64,000 nucleotides of DNA, from positions 9,155,819 through 9,219,818 of the forward strand of contig MU058065.1 of NCBI GenBank assembly GCA_013265495.1. The letters run 5' to 3'. How positions within the stretch are numbered: position 1 is the first letter of the stretch; each line of letters begins with the position of its first letter. The translations under genes and the position numbers were made by a program. This DNA is from Vicugna vicugna. Its lineage: Eukaryota. Below the pieces are notes generated by a model, which ran no database searches, was not told the origin of the DNA, and was given only the letters and a program-made list of their open reading frames with translations. Shown here piece after piece: positions 11,700 to 24,815 of this stretch.

Positions 11700-13200
11700 A
11701 TGGGCAAGGCAGGTAGTACCTTCACCTCCATGAAGCTTGTGATCTAGCTGGGAAGTTAAACATTAAATAATGACATAAAAGTGTGCAAAGTACCAGATCT
11801 CACAGGAACGTAAAACAGGTGGCTCTAACCTAGCCTGGGGTCAGGAAAGGCTTCAAAGAGGAAGTGATGACGGAAAGTAATGAGGTGATTAGCCAAAAGG
11901 AGGGTAGATAAGCATTCTAGGCAGAAGAAATGGCATTTGCAAAAAACCCGTGGGAAGCTGAGAACTACAATGTATTCTTTGGATTTGGGGACCAGGATGT
12001 CACTGGTGATCTTGGTGGGATCAGTTTGTATGGCATGCTGAAGGATGGAGCCAGATTGCAGGGAGTTGAAAAGTTGAATGTGAAGTAAGGAAATGGTGAT
12101 AAATAACACTGGAAATGTTACTGAATTGGTCGACTGGCCCTGTGCCATGGTTGCAGCCTGGGCCTAACTCTTGTCTCCGCCAGGGGAGTTCTTTTTCTGA
12201 TCATATTCATGCATCCAATAACAAAACCAATGCTGAGACTGGAAAGCACAAGCTTTATTAAATGACAAAGAATGGAGAAATGGGAACCTACTTCGCAAAT
12301 CAACTTCTCAATGGGATTTGGGCAGAGACACTAAATATATAGGAGGGTCGAAGTAAAAGGGTAGGATTTGGAAAGAGTAGGAGGAATAGCCATGAATTAT
12401 CTGAGAACAGAGGTGTGGTTTGGACCTGGGACTGATGCAGCTCTCCTTTTCAGTCCAGTTGTTGTCATGGCAACCATCTGTCAAGATGCTGGTGAGTGTG
12501 TCATTTAGTATGCTAATGCATTACAGTAAGCATATAACGAGGCTCAAGGTCTACTGGAAGTCAAATCCTCTGCCATCTTGGACCTCGCTGGTTTTAACCA
12601 GTTCTTGTTTTTTTCTTTTTGCAGCTTCCTCCTGAAACTTAGATAAGACTAATTGGTTTCTCTTCCAGGGAGGGGCATGGATATGATTCTGGGGCAACAG
12701 TCTTGGTGACAAAAACATTATCTAGAAATTTGGTTGGGAAGGTGAGGTGGAGGGAGGGCTTTCTTAAGCGGGAAAACATGAGCAGTTTTAAATGTTGACA
12801 CAACAAAGCCAATAGAGAGAGAGAGATGTTGAAAATATAGGCAAGAGAAAGATTCCTGAGGAGGCAGCAAGGGATGGGATCCAGAACACAGGAGAAAGGA
12901 CAGCTTCCCCACGAGAATGTCAAGGATGAGGCAACCTCAAGAATGTAGATTTGGTAACCGGAAGTTGGTGTTGCAATGCAATGCTTGAGATTGCCTCTTA
13001 AATACAAAGAGTATTATCTGTTGAGACTGAGTGAGAGTGAGGTGAGATCAGAGGGAAGAGAGTCAAAATGCATGCTAAGCAAGATGAGGATCCAGCTGAG
13101 GTTCGTGACCATTGACTTACAGTGACGCAAAGAGGAGAAGGTATGTGATTTTCGGCAGCTACATTCACGACCCAGAGGTTACTTGGAGATGGTGAACTGT
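11700..13200 (-). mobile_element. Old L2 LINE interrupted by an LTR
   Basis: L2-like purine-rich sequence, e.g. GATGTCACTGGTGATCTTGGTGGGATCAGTTTGTATGGCATG...GAGCCAGATTGCAGGGAGTTGA. It resumes after 12711. Confidence 0.6.
12116..12711 (-). mobile_element. Solo ERV1-type LTR sharing the MER41-like core
   Basis: Minus strand has CCAAGATGGCAGAGGATTTGACTTCCAGTAGACCTTGAGCCTCGTTATATGC...CATTAGCATACTAAATGACAC, homologous to 59575-59660. TG...CA ends; imperfect TSD GAAA/AAAA. Confidence 0.75.
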
Positions 13201-13358
13201 TGGAATCATTCACTCACAGTTTTTATTGTGTATCTGCTCCGTGCCAGATGCTATGCGCTGGGTTCTGTTGGGCAGATGTCATACAGGGAGCAATAGGATG
13301 AAGCAATTTTGGATACTAATAAGGAGGGTTTAAATGATGGACCGCTGCATCTTAGCTA

Positions 13359-14054
13359 GATAAAGGAGAAAAGACCTTTCCTCTAGCCTCTTAGGTTCTG
13401 TGGCTGGGCCTGAGAATTAAACTGACAAGAGACAGATGAACAGGAGAAGAACATACAAGTTGTATTTGGTGGTACTGTTCCCACGTGTTACAGGAGATGT
13501 TAAAGAAAACAACTGAAGACCCAAAGAAGCTTAGACATCTCCTCAGTAAAGAACAATACATTATGGAGAGGTAGCAGGACAAAGGAGGAAGAGTGTGGGG
13601 CTAGGGACAAGAGACTGTGGGGAAATCATTAGGAAATACAAGGGAGCAACTGCTGAAAAGTCAGGGCTATTTTAGTAGGTCTGTGTTGGGCTGCACCTCG
13701 CAGGCTTCCAAGGCCTGTGCTCACCCAGCTTCCAGACCGAGGGAAGGGCCCCGAGTCAGTGTCAGAGACGTCAGTGCTTAAGTGGATGGAGGAGCTGACA
13801 CGTCCAAAGCAAGGTCCTGGAGCGACTCCCCACCATGTCTGTTTGTATAGATTCATCTCTTTTCTGGTAATGAGAATGCTCCCCTTTTCCTGGTACACAG
13901 AAGGCATCTTTCTCGCTGGAAATTTATGTCCTGCTTTTAGGTAGAAAGCGGGGAGGGCAGAGAACCCTTCCTGCATCTGTTGTTTCTTAAGTGCTTTAGG
14001 ATCAAAATCTCCATTATGGCAATATTTTGAGGTGGCGGGTTCTGATCCCCTTCA
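13359..14054 (-). mobile_element. MER34-like solo LTR
   Basis: Minus strand starts TGAAGGGGATCAGAACCCGCCACCTCAAAATATTGCC...CAGATGCAGGAAGGGTTCTCTGCCCTCCCC, matching the MER34 5' end as I recall it. Confidence 0.75.
13684..13835. mobile_element. Nested 152-bp LTR-like insertion
   Basis: TGTTGGG...CCCCACCA termini with flanks GGTCTG/TGTCTG (5 of 6 match). It is GC-richer than the host LTR it interrupts. Confidence 0.55.
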
Positions 14055-14259
14055 GCTAGACAGGGAGGAAAGTGAAGGAAAGAGAGGGCGGATGGCTATG
14101 TAGACAGTAGAGTGAGAAAGCCACTGGTGGTCTCCACGAAATAAAAGAACAGGGGTTCTGGGGTATCTGCTACAACCTTGGGAGAATAGGATGTGGCCAG
14201 AGTCTGAGGTTTCTAAGTTACTTTTCTGGTCTGTTGCTGTGGCTCTGAGAGCTGACGGC

Positions 14260-14810
14260 TGAGGCAGAGATGATTTCACAGCGACCAGAGGGACCTTTTA
14301 GAAACACACATTTGCGGGCATCATTCACACACACTGCCTTAGGTTGTGCTTAGGAAGAAGATTAAAAACACTTAACACAGTCTGTGCGGCCGTGCTCACC
14401 CTTCCAGCATCAGCTCCCCATGCCCCTCTCCAGCCACTCAGGCCTCCTACTTTTGCAAATGCTGGTTCCTTTACCCGAGATGCTATGCCCTCGCCCAGCC
14501 CTCAAAAGCTCTATCAAGTTATCCCCTCCTCAGCCTTTCGCGTTTAGGTATCAGCTTCAAGTCGCTGCTTCAAAAAGAGTTCCTCGGCCCTCAGCCTAGT
14601 TCCGTGAACTTTTCCTTCATTGTGATGATTACATGTTATCATATATTTGTATAATCTTTGAAAACTACTTTTGTGTCTACCCCACAAATTATAAGCCCCA
14701 TGAGGGTAGCAGCTACATGTGCTTTGTTTCTTGTTGTTTGTTTCTCGACAACAAATGCTGTGCCTAGCACAGATTAGGGGCTTAAAAATACTTGCTAAAT
14801 GAGTGAATAA
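14260..14810 (+). mobile_element. L2 3' fragment
   Basis: Ends GTGCCTAGCACAGATTAGGGGCTTAAAAATACTTGCTAAATGAGTGAATAA. Confidence 0.65.
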
Positions 14811-17400
14811 GCCAAGAGGTTAAGCGACTTGCCCAAGGTTATCAACGGGACTTGCTCAGAATAATGATATTAATATTTATAAACTGTGTTTATTGTATTT
14901 TGTACCTTTGTGACATTTGCATGGATGCCATGATGGGTGAATGACACCAACAGACATGACTGATGGCAAAGAAGACAGAAACATAAAGGAAATAGTGACA
15001 CAAAGCAGGAAGTGACAAAGCATGGAGGTTTGCTGCCCAGAAACCTTCACTGGGGTTTCTCCTGTAGAATGAGGGTGGTAACAGGGCAAGATGGGCCCTT
15101 TTCCGTAATCACAAGAGGCTTTATTCTATTCTGGTCTCTCCTCCTGCCTGACCACTGTGGAAGTGGTAGCAACCTACGTGCCTGTTCCTGAGGAGCAGGT
15201 AGCACGAGCGAAACCACACTGGCACATCCCTGAGTACTGGCTGCCTGACTGGGTGACCAGAAAGCTGGTTTCTCAGGAGCATCGTCCAACAAGCTCCAGG
15301 CCAGTTTGAATTTAGATCCATCTCTTCCTTTATCATCTTGAGCCTGCATGTAAACAGTTGGTAGCAAGATACTTTGACCTATTACCTGAGGATTTTGTTC
15401 ATGTATTTTCTTGTAAGCCTCTGGCTCTTCTCCCATTTTGTAGCCAGAGTATAAGCCATCCACTGACTCAGAGGATAAAGAAGTATTTTCCTGACTTGAG
15501 TTCAAATGTACAAACCCTACAGGGAACAAGTTAATGAATTTGAGAGAATGACGCAGGAGCAAGATTTTCTGCCCCAAAGGATTGTTTGATGGGTCAAGAG
15601 TGGTAAGTTTCCCTGAGTGTCAGAAGGGAAACAGAGAAAATGAGCTGCTAGTTTGTTTCCAGAAAGAAAGACATCTCCCCACCCCAGCCCCTAGCCAACC
15701 GTCAGAGAGGAAACCAGAGAAATCCCAGGTACGCAGAGGTAACTGCCCCTTGTTGCAGGTAGACCTTAAGGAAGCTTCAAGATGTCAGAATAAAAATGGC
15801 TACGGAATTTGTCTCTATTCATAGTCCTGAGGCTGCTTCATGGAGAGACCCCAGCCCAACTCAGTGTGGCTCTAGGGGCTGCTTCTAGTATGTTCACGAG
15901 GAGCACAAAACTGCCGATGGCCCTTGGACAGCCCCCCAGACCTCACTGGCTGACATGCAGGGGCCTCAAGGAGAGCTTTGGTAGCAAGGACCCACCTTAA
16001 GGGGTCACTTGGACAGAAACAAGGTCCATCCAAGCAGCCGGCTGGTAGCGTAAGCCCCAAGGGCCAGGTAAGACAACAGATCTCAGCAGGTGTCAGCTTG
16101 GGCACCTGCCCGTTCCCCATTCTTCCTCCCATCCTCTTGGACCCCTCAAAGCTAGAGCTGATACCATGGATGAGGAGAGAGGGGTCTCTGAATTGTTTAC
16201 GATTACATTTGCGCTGCTTAGAAGAATCTAGACCTAATGTCAGTTGCAGACAATCATTATTTTATACCCCAAAGAAATGTATCTTTTTTATTTTGAGAAA
16301 ACACACTTCTTCCACACTAGAGTTCGTGCCCAGAGACGCATGTGCTACACTGCTATCTTTTCCTGCACTGATGTCTGGCCTCCACGGCCGGACTGCAAGA
16401 TTTTCAAGGCTGGAGAGTAGCCCCTTTCTGCCCTCTTTTCTTCCTACTCAGCACCTTGTACATAACACGCCCCATTTTTGAGAGGAAACCTATGGAACAG
16501 GATGTATATGGTTGTTTTGTTTACATGTTATTTGTCAGAGTATCATTTCAAGGGTCTCTCAGCTCTGACTTCACTTGTAGATTGTAAAGTTCCCACAAGT
16601 ATTCATTTTTCACATTAAGAGGTAAGAAATCTGTGCCAGGCTCCTACCATGCACAGAGACTACTTCTGCCTCTTCCTGGGGACGCAGCCCTGTCATTAAG
16701 GAACTTGTTATCGGAGATGTGGACGAGTGAGCTAAATGCGCGTTGACTTTAGGACAACAGCTAGGGGGCTTTGTTGCCTGTTATTTTAAATACACATAGA
16801 CTCTGATTGCCAAAGGGACACATATTTATTTAAGAAAACTCTCAAATTTAGCAGTAAACTAATTGCACCCATAAACTCAGAACTTGTAAAATTAGCAGTA
16901 GTCAATGTTGACATTCTGGTGTAAAAATTGTAAAAATGTATCATGATTTATTGGAGTCTATTATTTAAAGAAAACTGATATACTAAGGTGTGTATGCGTG
17001 CATGTGTGTGAGATTTTTGCTTTCTCCTAAAAGGAGGATGGTGATATTTGAGCGTTTCAGTCACTAAATGTATTCAGTGACCAAATACAGTACACTGATG
17101 AAAGAAATTTGAAAATGTATTGCAGATTAGAAAAAGCTGAAAATTAGGCTTCTGGTAGCTGGATGGAGTGGAGAACCAAACAAAATATATATTTGAATTT
17201 AATCCATGATGGATTCATGAAAATAGGCCTATTGATTAACTCAAATATCACCTCCTCACTGAAGCCCTCCTGTCTTCCGTCTGGCAGAGTCAGCCAGTGA
17301 GGCCTTCTGTGCTCGCAAATGTTTTTACTATTTATATTTAGCAATAAATTCATTATTTTAATAAAAATAATAGATGCTATTATTTCTATATTATATTTTA

Positions 17401-17640
17401 GGGAGGCAGTATAGTGTGGTGGTTAAAAACGTAGATTTTGGATTTAAACATCCCCAGTTCGAATCCCAGCCTCACCATTTGCTAGCTGTGTGAACTTGGA
17501 CAAGCTGTTCAGTTTCTCTGAACCTGTGTTCTCATTTGTAAAATGGGAATGATAACCACTGACTTCATAGAGTTGTTGTGAGGGAGAAGTAGGACAATAT
17601 TTGCAACTTGCTGCCTCACCCAAAACACAGTCAGTAAATA
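17401..17640 (+). mobile_element. MIR SINE, near full length
   Basis: GAGGCAGTATAGTGTGGTGGTTAA...GTTCGAATCCCAGCCTCACCATTTGCTAGCTGTGTGAACTTGG...CTCATTTGTAAAATGGG. Confidence 0.85.
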
Positions 17641-20600
17641 ATAGGTATAATTATTTTTATTACAGAACTTGTCTTGTTGCATTGCCATTACTGGTTTAGG
17701 AATGCATTCCTCGCTGGACTGTGAACACTTACCCAGAACACCTGGGTCCTGATCTCTCTCACCAACCTCTCTCCCTCTTAGCAGAGCAGCCCAGAAACAG
17801 GAAGCAATCCACAAGCATTTGCTAGAGAATAAAATAGCTATGGTACCAGGTCCAGTGCTTTTCCCCTAGGTGTCCTGTGTCCTTTTACTCAGATTTTTAG
17901 AACAAACTCCTAACTGCAAACCACCGACTTTTATAATCAATATTATATAGAGCTGTTTCTACTTTCATGCAAGCTAACATTTAGTGAGCACTTACTTTGT
18001 AGCAGGTTTTGTCCTAGTGCTTTACGCGGTGTTTAAACCACTCTGTGAGGCGGATAGCGTTATCTTCTTTAACAAAGATGAAGGAACTGAGGCCCAGAGA
18101 GGGTGCTGTGAACTCTGTGACTCCTGAGATTTTGCTGGGAGCCCCAAGGGAATTCCCTGCTCTCTGTTCTTCCATTTAAGTATGTAGGCAGGAGGTGAGG
18201 AAAGGAAGTAACCATATATTTTTCTTTCTCCTTAGTAAAACATTTTATTTATTTTGCAGTCTCTTTTCTCTTCTGGAAAAACAAACACAAGAAATTCTTG
18301 CTTCATTCATGATTTTACCCCTGCTGAGGTCCAGGGCAGGATGTCTCCGCTGCAGAGCCCTGTTCAGGGATGCAAATGAAATTTAGTTCCTGCCCTCCAC
18401 TGAGAGTGCTAAGTAGCACTTATTTTTTTGAGGGGTTTGAAATAGACGTTTAGTACATTAAAATGATAGCAATAATTCATATCCCATCTGTGTGGGTAAA
18501 AACAATAAAATTACCTGTGAAACCATGAAATATCAGCATGCTAAATAAAATTGAGAGTGCAGGGCATTAAGAAATTTTTTAAAAGCAACTTGTTCTCAAG
18601 GAGAATAATTTATCCCGTAAGACCCACGCTGTTACGTCAATAAAATTGATCAATTATTTGTTCGTGTTGCCTACATGAGTGAAAGCTATGTTTTAAAAAT
18701 AAGGAAAACTTTGGGATGATTTTTACTTCAAGGAAGCTGATTGGAATCTTTCCAGATTCCACATTTTGTTCCTATTGACCAGAAGTCTTCTGACTTGGGA
18801 AAATATTTTTATTTCCCTCCCCCTTTTCTCAATGTCCTACAAAGACCTGCATTAGGGTGGGAAACATTTTCTGAGTCCCAAAGGACTCCTCCATTTGCCT
18901 GCAAGAGAGTGTTGAGAGAAGCCGCTAAAAAGGAGGATGAAGATGCCTCAGAATAACTTTTTCGAACATTCTTGTCATACTTTCTTCATTCACAGTAACC
19001 TCTGTCGTAGGAGAGAGAAAATGTGATTCGAGGGAGCATTATATTATTTTTCTTTCACATACATCATAAAAGATGCAAAAAAAAAAGTCAATTTCAAGAT
19101 TGGTGCCCAGTGTGTTTATTGTTTAAAAAGTTTGTTTCAGTTTACTTCCAGAATTAGATAAACAGCAGAGGCCACTATATTAGAGACAGATCAATTGTTA
19201 CTCTTCCCTAAGGAAATAAATTATAAGGAAGGGGAAAAATCAGTAAGGTCCCTCAAATTTGGATTTTACCTTATCTTTTGCTAACAATCCCATAATAATA
19301 ATAATCTAAAACATGGTAAGCAGGAAAATTAATTCCATCTGAAGTCTAACGTACTAGTGGAATTCTCATGGGAAATACGTAGTGAGTTTTTAAACCAATG
19401 TAATCATAAAGGTAGCTGGTGAGAGCTCAGCAGTACTTTCTGTAGTGAAACAGGTGGCCCTTCCTCGGAAATATACTTTGAAAAAGACCCTCCTTGTGGA
19501 GCTTGGTCCTGGAACCGAGGACGGGATTGCTTTGGGCTTTGACTCTCGGTGGGAGATGGTATTCTGAATGCGAGAAGTGAGAAGCGTCGGGTGCCAAGTT
19601 TGGCAGGTGATGCCTTTGCTCAAGGAACATAGTAGATACTTGTTAAATGTTTGATGAATAAATTATGGAGAATGCTGCTGGTTGTTAGGGGTCATACAGA
19701 TTGTCATCTGGGACAGTCCAGTAAGCCATGCATCTCGTTGACTTCCATTAGGTGTGAGTTTATTTCTTCCTTCCTTCTTCCTTCATCCGTTGATGCCTGC
19801 CACAGGTCAGGCTCTGTCCTTGTGACTGAAAATACAACTGTGAACATTGCAGATGCTCTTCTTACAGAGCTGACGTCCTACAAGATGGAGAGCAAAGCAG
19901 ACAAGCAAAACCCCCGTAGGCCAGTCGATAACCTAAGGTGGTACGGCCATGGTGGCTCTGGTCCTACCTGCATCGAGGTCAGGACATGCCTGGTGTGAGA
20001 AACAGCAAAGAGGGCCTCTCTTGGGAACTACTGTCCCTGTTCCCTGTCCTAAGGGCTTGATTGGCCCAGCCTTCATCTTCTGAAGCTCTCAATTAAAAAA
20101 TAAGAATCAGAAAAAGGCCACTGCACTGGGAGGAAAAAAAAAACTTGTCAGGATAATAAATGAATCTCATATGACTTTTCTTAAAAAATGATCATTGAGG
20201 CATATGAGACTTTAGTTTACTTAGATGTATCTTTCATCAGAATAGTTGTACAATTTAAAGTGAATAGACTTCCTTGAAAACAATGGCTACATGATTGGTT
20301 CTACAGAACAGTGACTGACGTGCATTCCCTGTCTTCCCTCACTGTCCCTCCTCATCTTTGTCACCACCACCCTCCCTTGTTTTCTCTCATATAACTGAGT
20401 AAAAAGCAGGATCTGGAGTCTAGCCCACATCATCCTCTGATCGTTTGTGGCTCCGAAAGAGGGTGTTGTGTCCCTCTAACTTTCCATGTTAAAGGAGCCA
20501 TAATTTGCTTTTTATGTATGTGATTTCTCTACCAGGCAGAAAGATGGAGCTGGGGCCCTAGCCAAGAGATTGTTTGATTTCCAGCATCAAATTGTAAACG

Positions 20601-21294
20601 TTTGGGAAGTTGAACTAGAATTCACACTTTAGGACTCTGACGCTCAGATGTCATGCACAGCCAGTGTTGAATCTGTTTTCCAAGTGGGTCTATTGTTGTC
20701 ATGTGTGAACCACTGTCACCTGTCCTATGACCCAGCATGACTGGATCCTGAAGAACAAGGGCGTGAAATGGGCCCAGTCTGGCAGCACCTGGGGACCACT
20801 GACCCTCTCTTGGCTCCACGCAGAGTTGGATGACAGAAGGAAAGCCAGGCAGCTGCTGGAAGGCAAGCCCAGGTGGCCAAATCCATGCCAGGCAGGTGGA
20901 ATAAACGCTGTCAGAGCCCCCTGAGGTACAAGCCCAGGCCACGTGGCACAGGTGTGGCAGGATCGGAGCAAGAACAAGAGATTTTCTCAATCAGAAGGAG
21001 GGGGCTCTTGAGGAAGGAAGGTGTTCCGTAGTCTGTGGATTAATAATCAGCACAGAAGGTCAAGTGTTAACAATCAAAAGCTGTGCCTTCAGATTAAAGG
21101 AAGACCTTCACACAGTGGCCATGTGGAAAGAAGCCTTCTGACACTCATCAAAGAGCATTATTACGTCCCTTAGAATAAAACTCCTATACGCTCTGAGGAG
21201 ACAGCAAAGTTAATTTTCGTGTTGCACCAAATGTTGGTGAATGTATTCACCTTTTAATCAAAGGTTCCTCTCATTTCCTGAGTTCCAGGGTTGC

Positions 21295-21800
21295 AGTGGT
21301 GTATTTGTTATTCCTAACTGCATGAAAGTTATCCCAGCTTAAACCCAGAAACTTATACAGTTTCTGAGGGTGAGAAATGAAGGAGTGGCCTGTCTGGATG
21401 GTTCTGTCTCAGAGTCTCTCTCATGAAGCTGCAGTGAGCTCTGGGTAGGGGTGGGACGGGGCGCACAGTCATCTGAATTCTGGTCTCAGTGCTTCCAAGA
21501 TGGCTCACTCATGTGGCTGCTGGCAGGAGGCCTTAGTTCCTCACCACATGGACCTCTCCAAGGGCTTCTTCAGTGTCCTCACAACACAGCAGCTATCTTC
21601 TCCCAGGGACAAATGACCCAGGAACAGGGAAGAAGCCACATTGCCTTTTATTATTGATCACGAAGACACATACCATCATTGCTGCCATATTTCACTCAGT
21701 AGAAGTGAATCATTAAGTCCAGCCCACAGTCATGTGGGCAGTGAGAATTTGATTCTACCTTTTATAGGAAAACTGCTGAAGAATTTTGAACTCCTACATA
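21295..21800 (-). mobile_element. MLT1 (MaLR) LTR
   Basis: CTTCCAAGATGGCTCACTCATGTGGCTGCTGGCAGGAGGCCTTAGTTCCTCACCACATGGACCTCTCC is typical reverse-strand MLT1. Confidence 0.75.
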
Positions 21801-21837
21801 CTGTATTCATTTAGGACATCAGGGAATGTTGTATACT

Positions 21838-22022
21838 CAGGACTGTCTATAAAATTTGTGGGACCTAGTGCAAAATAAAAACCCAAAACCGTTAAACCAT
21901 TGTTTAAGAATTACTCAGAAGTTCAAGACAGTGACAGCAGAACATTAAACCAAGCATGGGCCCCTTCTAGGTGCCAGGCCCTTTGCTGCTGCCCAGGTCT
22001 CGCACCCAGGAAAGGCAGTCCC
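21838..22022 (-). mobile_element. MER45A-like hAT MITE
   Basis: AATTTGTGGGACCTAGTGCAAAAT...TTCAAGACAGTGACAGCAGAACATTAAACCAAGCATGGGCCCCTTCT matches reverse MER45A as I recall it. Confidence 0.7.
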
Positions 22023-22028
22023 AACTAG

Positions 22029-22380
22029 AGTGGTTAAGAGCATGGACTTTGAAGTCAATAGTTTGAGGAGAGGGTATAGCTCAAATGGTATAGTGTATGC
22101 TTAGCATGCATGAGATCATGGGTTCAATCCCCAGTACCTCCTCTTAAAAAAAAAAAGTAAATCTAATTACCTCCCCACCAAAAAATAAAATAAGAGTGTG
22201 AATCCCAGCCCTACTGCTTTATAACTGTGTAACTCTTGGGAAAATGACTTAATATCTCTGAACCTCAACTTCTATTTCTCTAAAATGGGTATGATTAATT
22301 TACCTGCTACTTGGGATTTCTGTGAACATTAAATGAAGTAAGTATAGTGCCTGGCTCATAATAGGCACTTGAAAACTTGT
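22029..22380 (+). mobile_element. MIR SINE split by a Vic-1-like SINE
   Basis: AGTGGTTAAGAGCATGGACTTTGAAGTCA precedes the insertion and GAATCCCAGCCCTACTGCTTTATAACTGTGTAAC follows it. Confidence 0.8.
22067..22191 (+). mobile_element. tRNA-derived SINE, Vic-1-like
   Basis: GGAGAGGGTATAGCTCAAATGGTATAGTGTATGCTTAGCATGCATGAGATCATGGGTTCAATCCCCAGTACCTCC plus tail. Degenerate TSD AATAGTTTGA/AAGAGTGTGA. Confidence 0.9.
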
Positions 22381-24074
22381 AGACATAATGATTACTTTTG
22401 TAAGGAGTTTAGAGAAGAACCACTGAGCTGGTAACTCAGACTGATTACTTAGCTGATGATCACAAACTCCTTAAAGTAGGACTAGTATCTCATACCCTCT
22501 GCAGTACCAGCTTCTGTTTTACGTGACAGGGACCCACATGTTCATGAGTTTGAAAAATGCGGCCTGTAAGCTGCAACAAGAATGGCTAAGAAGATGTGTT
22601 TCAGGAATGGCATGTTTTCAACATTCTAGAAGGTAGGACCAAAGCTACTATTTTAAGAAAATCCATATAAGATCAACATTTCATTGGCTTTTGTAATACC
22701 AGGCATTTATCAGCAGTTTAGAAATAGTTGCCATGAACTACTTTCTATGAATAACTCAGTTGATGAGACTGAATATTAAATGGGAACTTTCTCTAGCAGT
22801 GCTCTTTCTCGGTGGCTCAAAAAACAAAAGCAAAAACTTAAACTGTTCCTGGATAAGGACTTAATACTGGCAAAATGATTTTATAAGACACTTTGGAACT
22901 TCAGACAGGCTTTCTGCTTCCTTTCTCCTGCATCTGAGCGTGGCCCCGCGAAGCTGACAACTGTGGACAGGCCTTCTTCAAAAGCTGTCAACTGTTTCCA
23001 CATGGACCTTCTATGAAGCTCTTAACCAAAGCATACTGTTGGGCCAAGGCATCTTCGCTCATTTGACAAAAATCATGTGCACCGGCCCCTGGAGTGGCGT
23101 CCACAGAACCCAGGAACACAGTACCAGGCTTTGAATCGCTGCTGAGTGATGCTTGAAAGAGCCGACGCGGGTTCCAGGGGTGCCTCTCTTGCCTCTTCTA
23201 AAAGGATGATCTCATCAAGGACCAGTGTAAAGAAAGTAGGCAGAGGTCCTGGTTATCTGCATGAGCACTTAAACAGGAAACATTAGAAAAACAGTGCGAG
23301 CTGGAGTCTTTTTGCAAACACATTAACACCATAAAATAAATGAAGCAGGTATGAGTGGGAATAAACCCCCGCCCCAACTCCCCCCTTAACTACAGGCTGT
23401 GCTGTGTTCTTAGCAATAGTCTTCTATTTCTCAAGGAACTTCTTTATTTATTCCTCAGTCCAAAATTAGTTCCTTAATTTGAAACAGCCATAAACAAACA
23501 TTACTAAAGCAATCCCTTGGGCTCTCTTCTCCCACACCCTCTCCCCCCACACACATATTTTCTGCTGCTTTGTTTGTTCTCAGCTCTTTTTGCCTTTGTG
23601 CTCAACACAAGGACCTGCAGTGGTCTGGCTTTCTGAAATCCCTTCATAAGTCTCTTGAAAGATATTTAAATTCCATTTTGACAGGAGAGAATTAAAGTCA
23701 CATTAATTTCAATCAGTTATGTATTAAATACAAATAAACTTCAATAACACCCGAGTATGGGTTTTAGTACTCGCTGATTTCTGAGGTCGCCTGCAGTGCC
23801 GTGATTCTCCCGTGGGCCTGTTCTAGCTACCACTGTACGGGAGCATAAGTGGAGCCTCTGATCTCAGCAGCTGCTCCAGTAGCTTTGGAGTTAGATCCTC
23901 CCTGCACCCTCTTCTCTTCTAGCTCCTCTTGACTTGCAATCTTTGCCACTGTCTCTTCCTTTCCTACCTTTTCCCCCTTGCCTCCCTCCCCCTCTGCATA
24001 TCAACAAAGAATTTCATAGCCATGTGGCTTTCCTCTTCAGATCCATCTCAATCCCATCTTCATAAAAAGGAATG

Positions 24075-24630
24075 TGCTGACCACTGCCCGATCGCTCTGG
24101 CCTTTCCCCTGCTCCGGTCTTTAGCGTAGGGGACTGCATTTTCCAGCTTCCGTGCCCTCTGGCTTCCACATAAGCTGAGTCAATGGGAAGCAGAGGCAGA
24201 AGATTGGAGGGTGGGAGGAGGGGAGAAGCCAGGGAGTTTCTCCCCTTCTCTTCTGTTTTGGGTGGCTTCTCTGGCAGTGGCTGCTTCTCTTCCATGATTC
24301 CAGCTGCTGTCAGTTAGTCCCTAGCTTTGTGTCTCAGCATCTGCCAAGAATTCTCCCTCTGTGCTTCTGACTTGTCTCTGATGATCCCATCTTCCAGGCT
24401 CTGATAACACCACCTTCTTCCCGAGTCTCTCCAGCCTTGGGCAAGGAGGTGGGGAGGTTAATGGCTTCTGACTATTGTTAATCTTTGTGTTGCTCCCACC
24501 ATCCTACTTAACGCCTTGCTTCTGACCCTTCCAGTTCTTCCATCACGTGTATAACAAGCTCCTATATTAAATTCCCTCTGTTTGAAACACCTACAGTGGT
24601 TTCTGTTTTCTCATTTGGGCTCTGATTGAA
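24075..24630 (+). mobile_element. LTR33-like (ERVL) LTR
   Basis: TGCCCTCTGGCTTCC...CAATGGGAAGCAGAGGCAGAAGATTGGAGGGTGGGAGGAG, with 3' end ATTAAATTCCCTCTGTTTGAAACACCTACAGTGGTTTCTGTTTTC. Confidence 0.65.
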
Positions 24631-24634
24631 GTAG

Positions 24635-24815
24635 GGAGCCCATGATTACAACAGCAACAACCAGGATCTCCTGGCTGTGAACATGCGGAGGTGTTGGCTT
24701 GCTCAGAGATGGTGTGGAAGCTCTGTGCCTCTTCCCACATACCTGGTCCTATGCATCTCTTCCCTCTGGCTGCTCCTGAGTTACATCCTTTTATAGTAAA
24801 CCAGCAATTTAAAAT
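24635..24815 (+). mobile_element. MER21-like LTR fragment
   Basis: GGAAGCTCTGTGCCTCTTCCCACATACCTGGTCCTATGCATCTCTTCCCTCTGGCTG. Confidence 0.6.

Noticed and set aside
15047..16481. ORFs of 176 aa and 167 aa
   Set aside because: No recognisable homology or exon structure, and lengths are compatible with chance.
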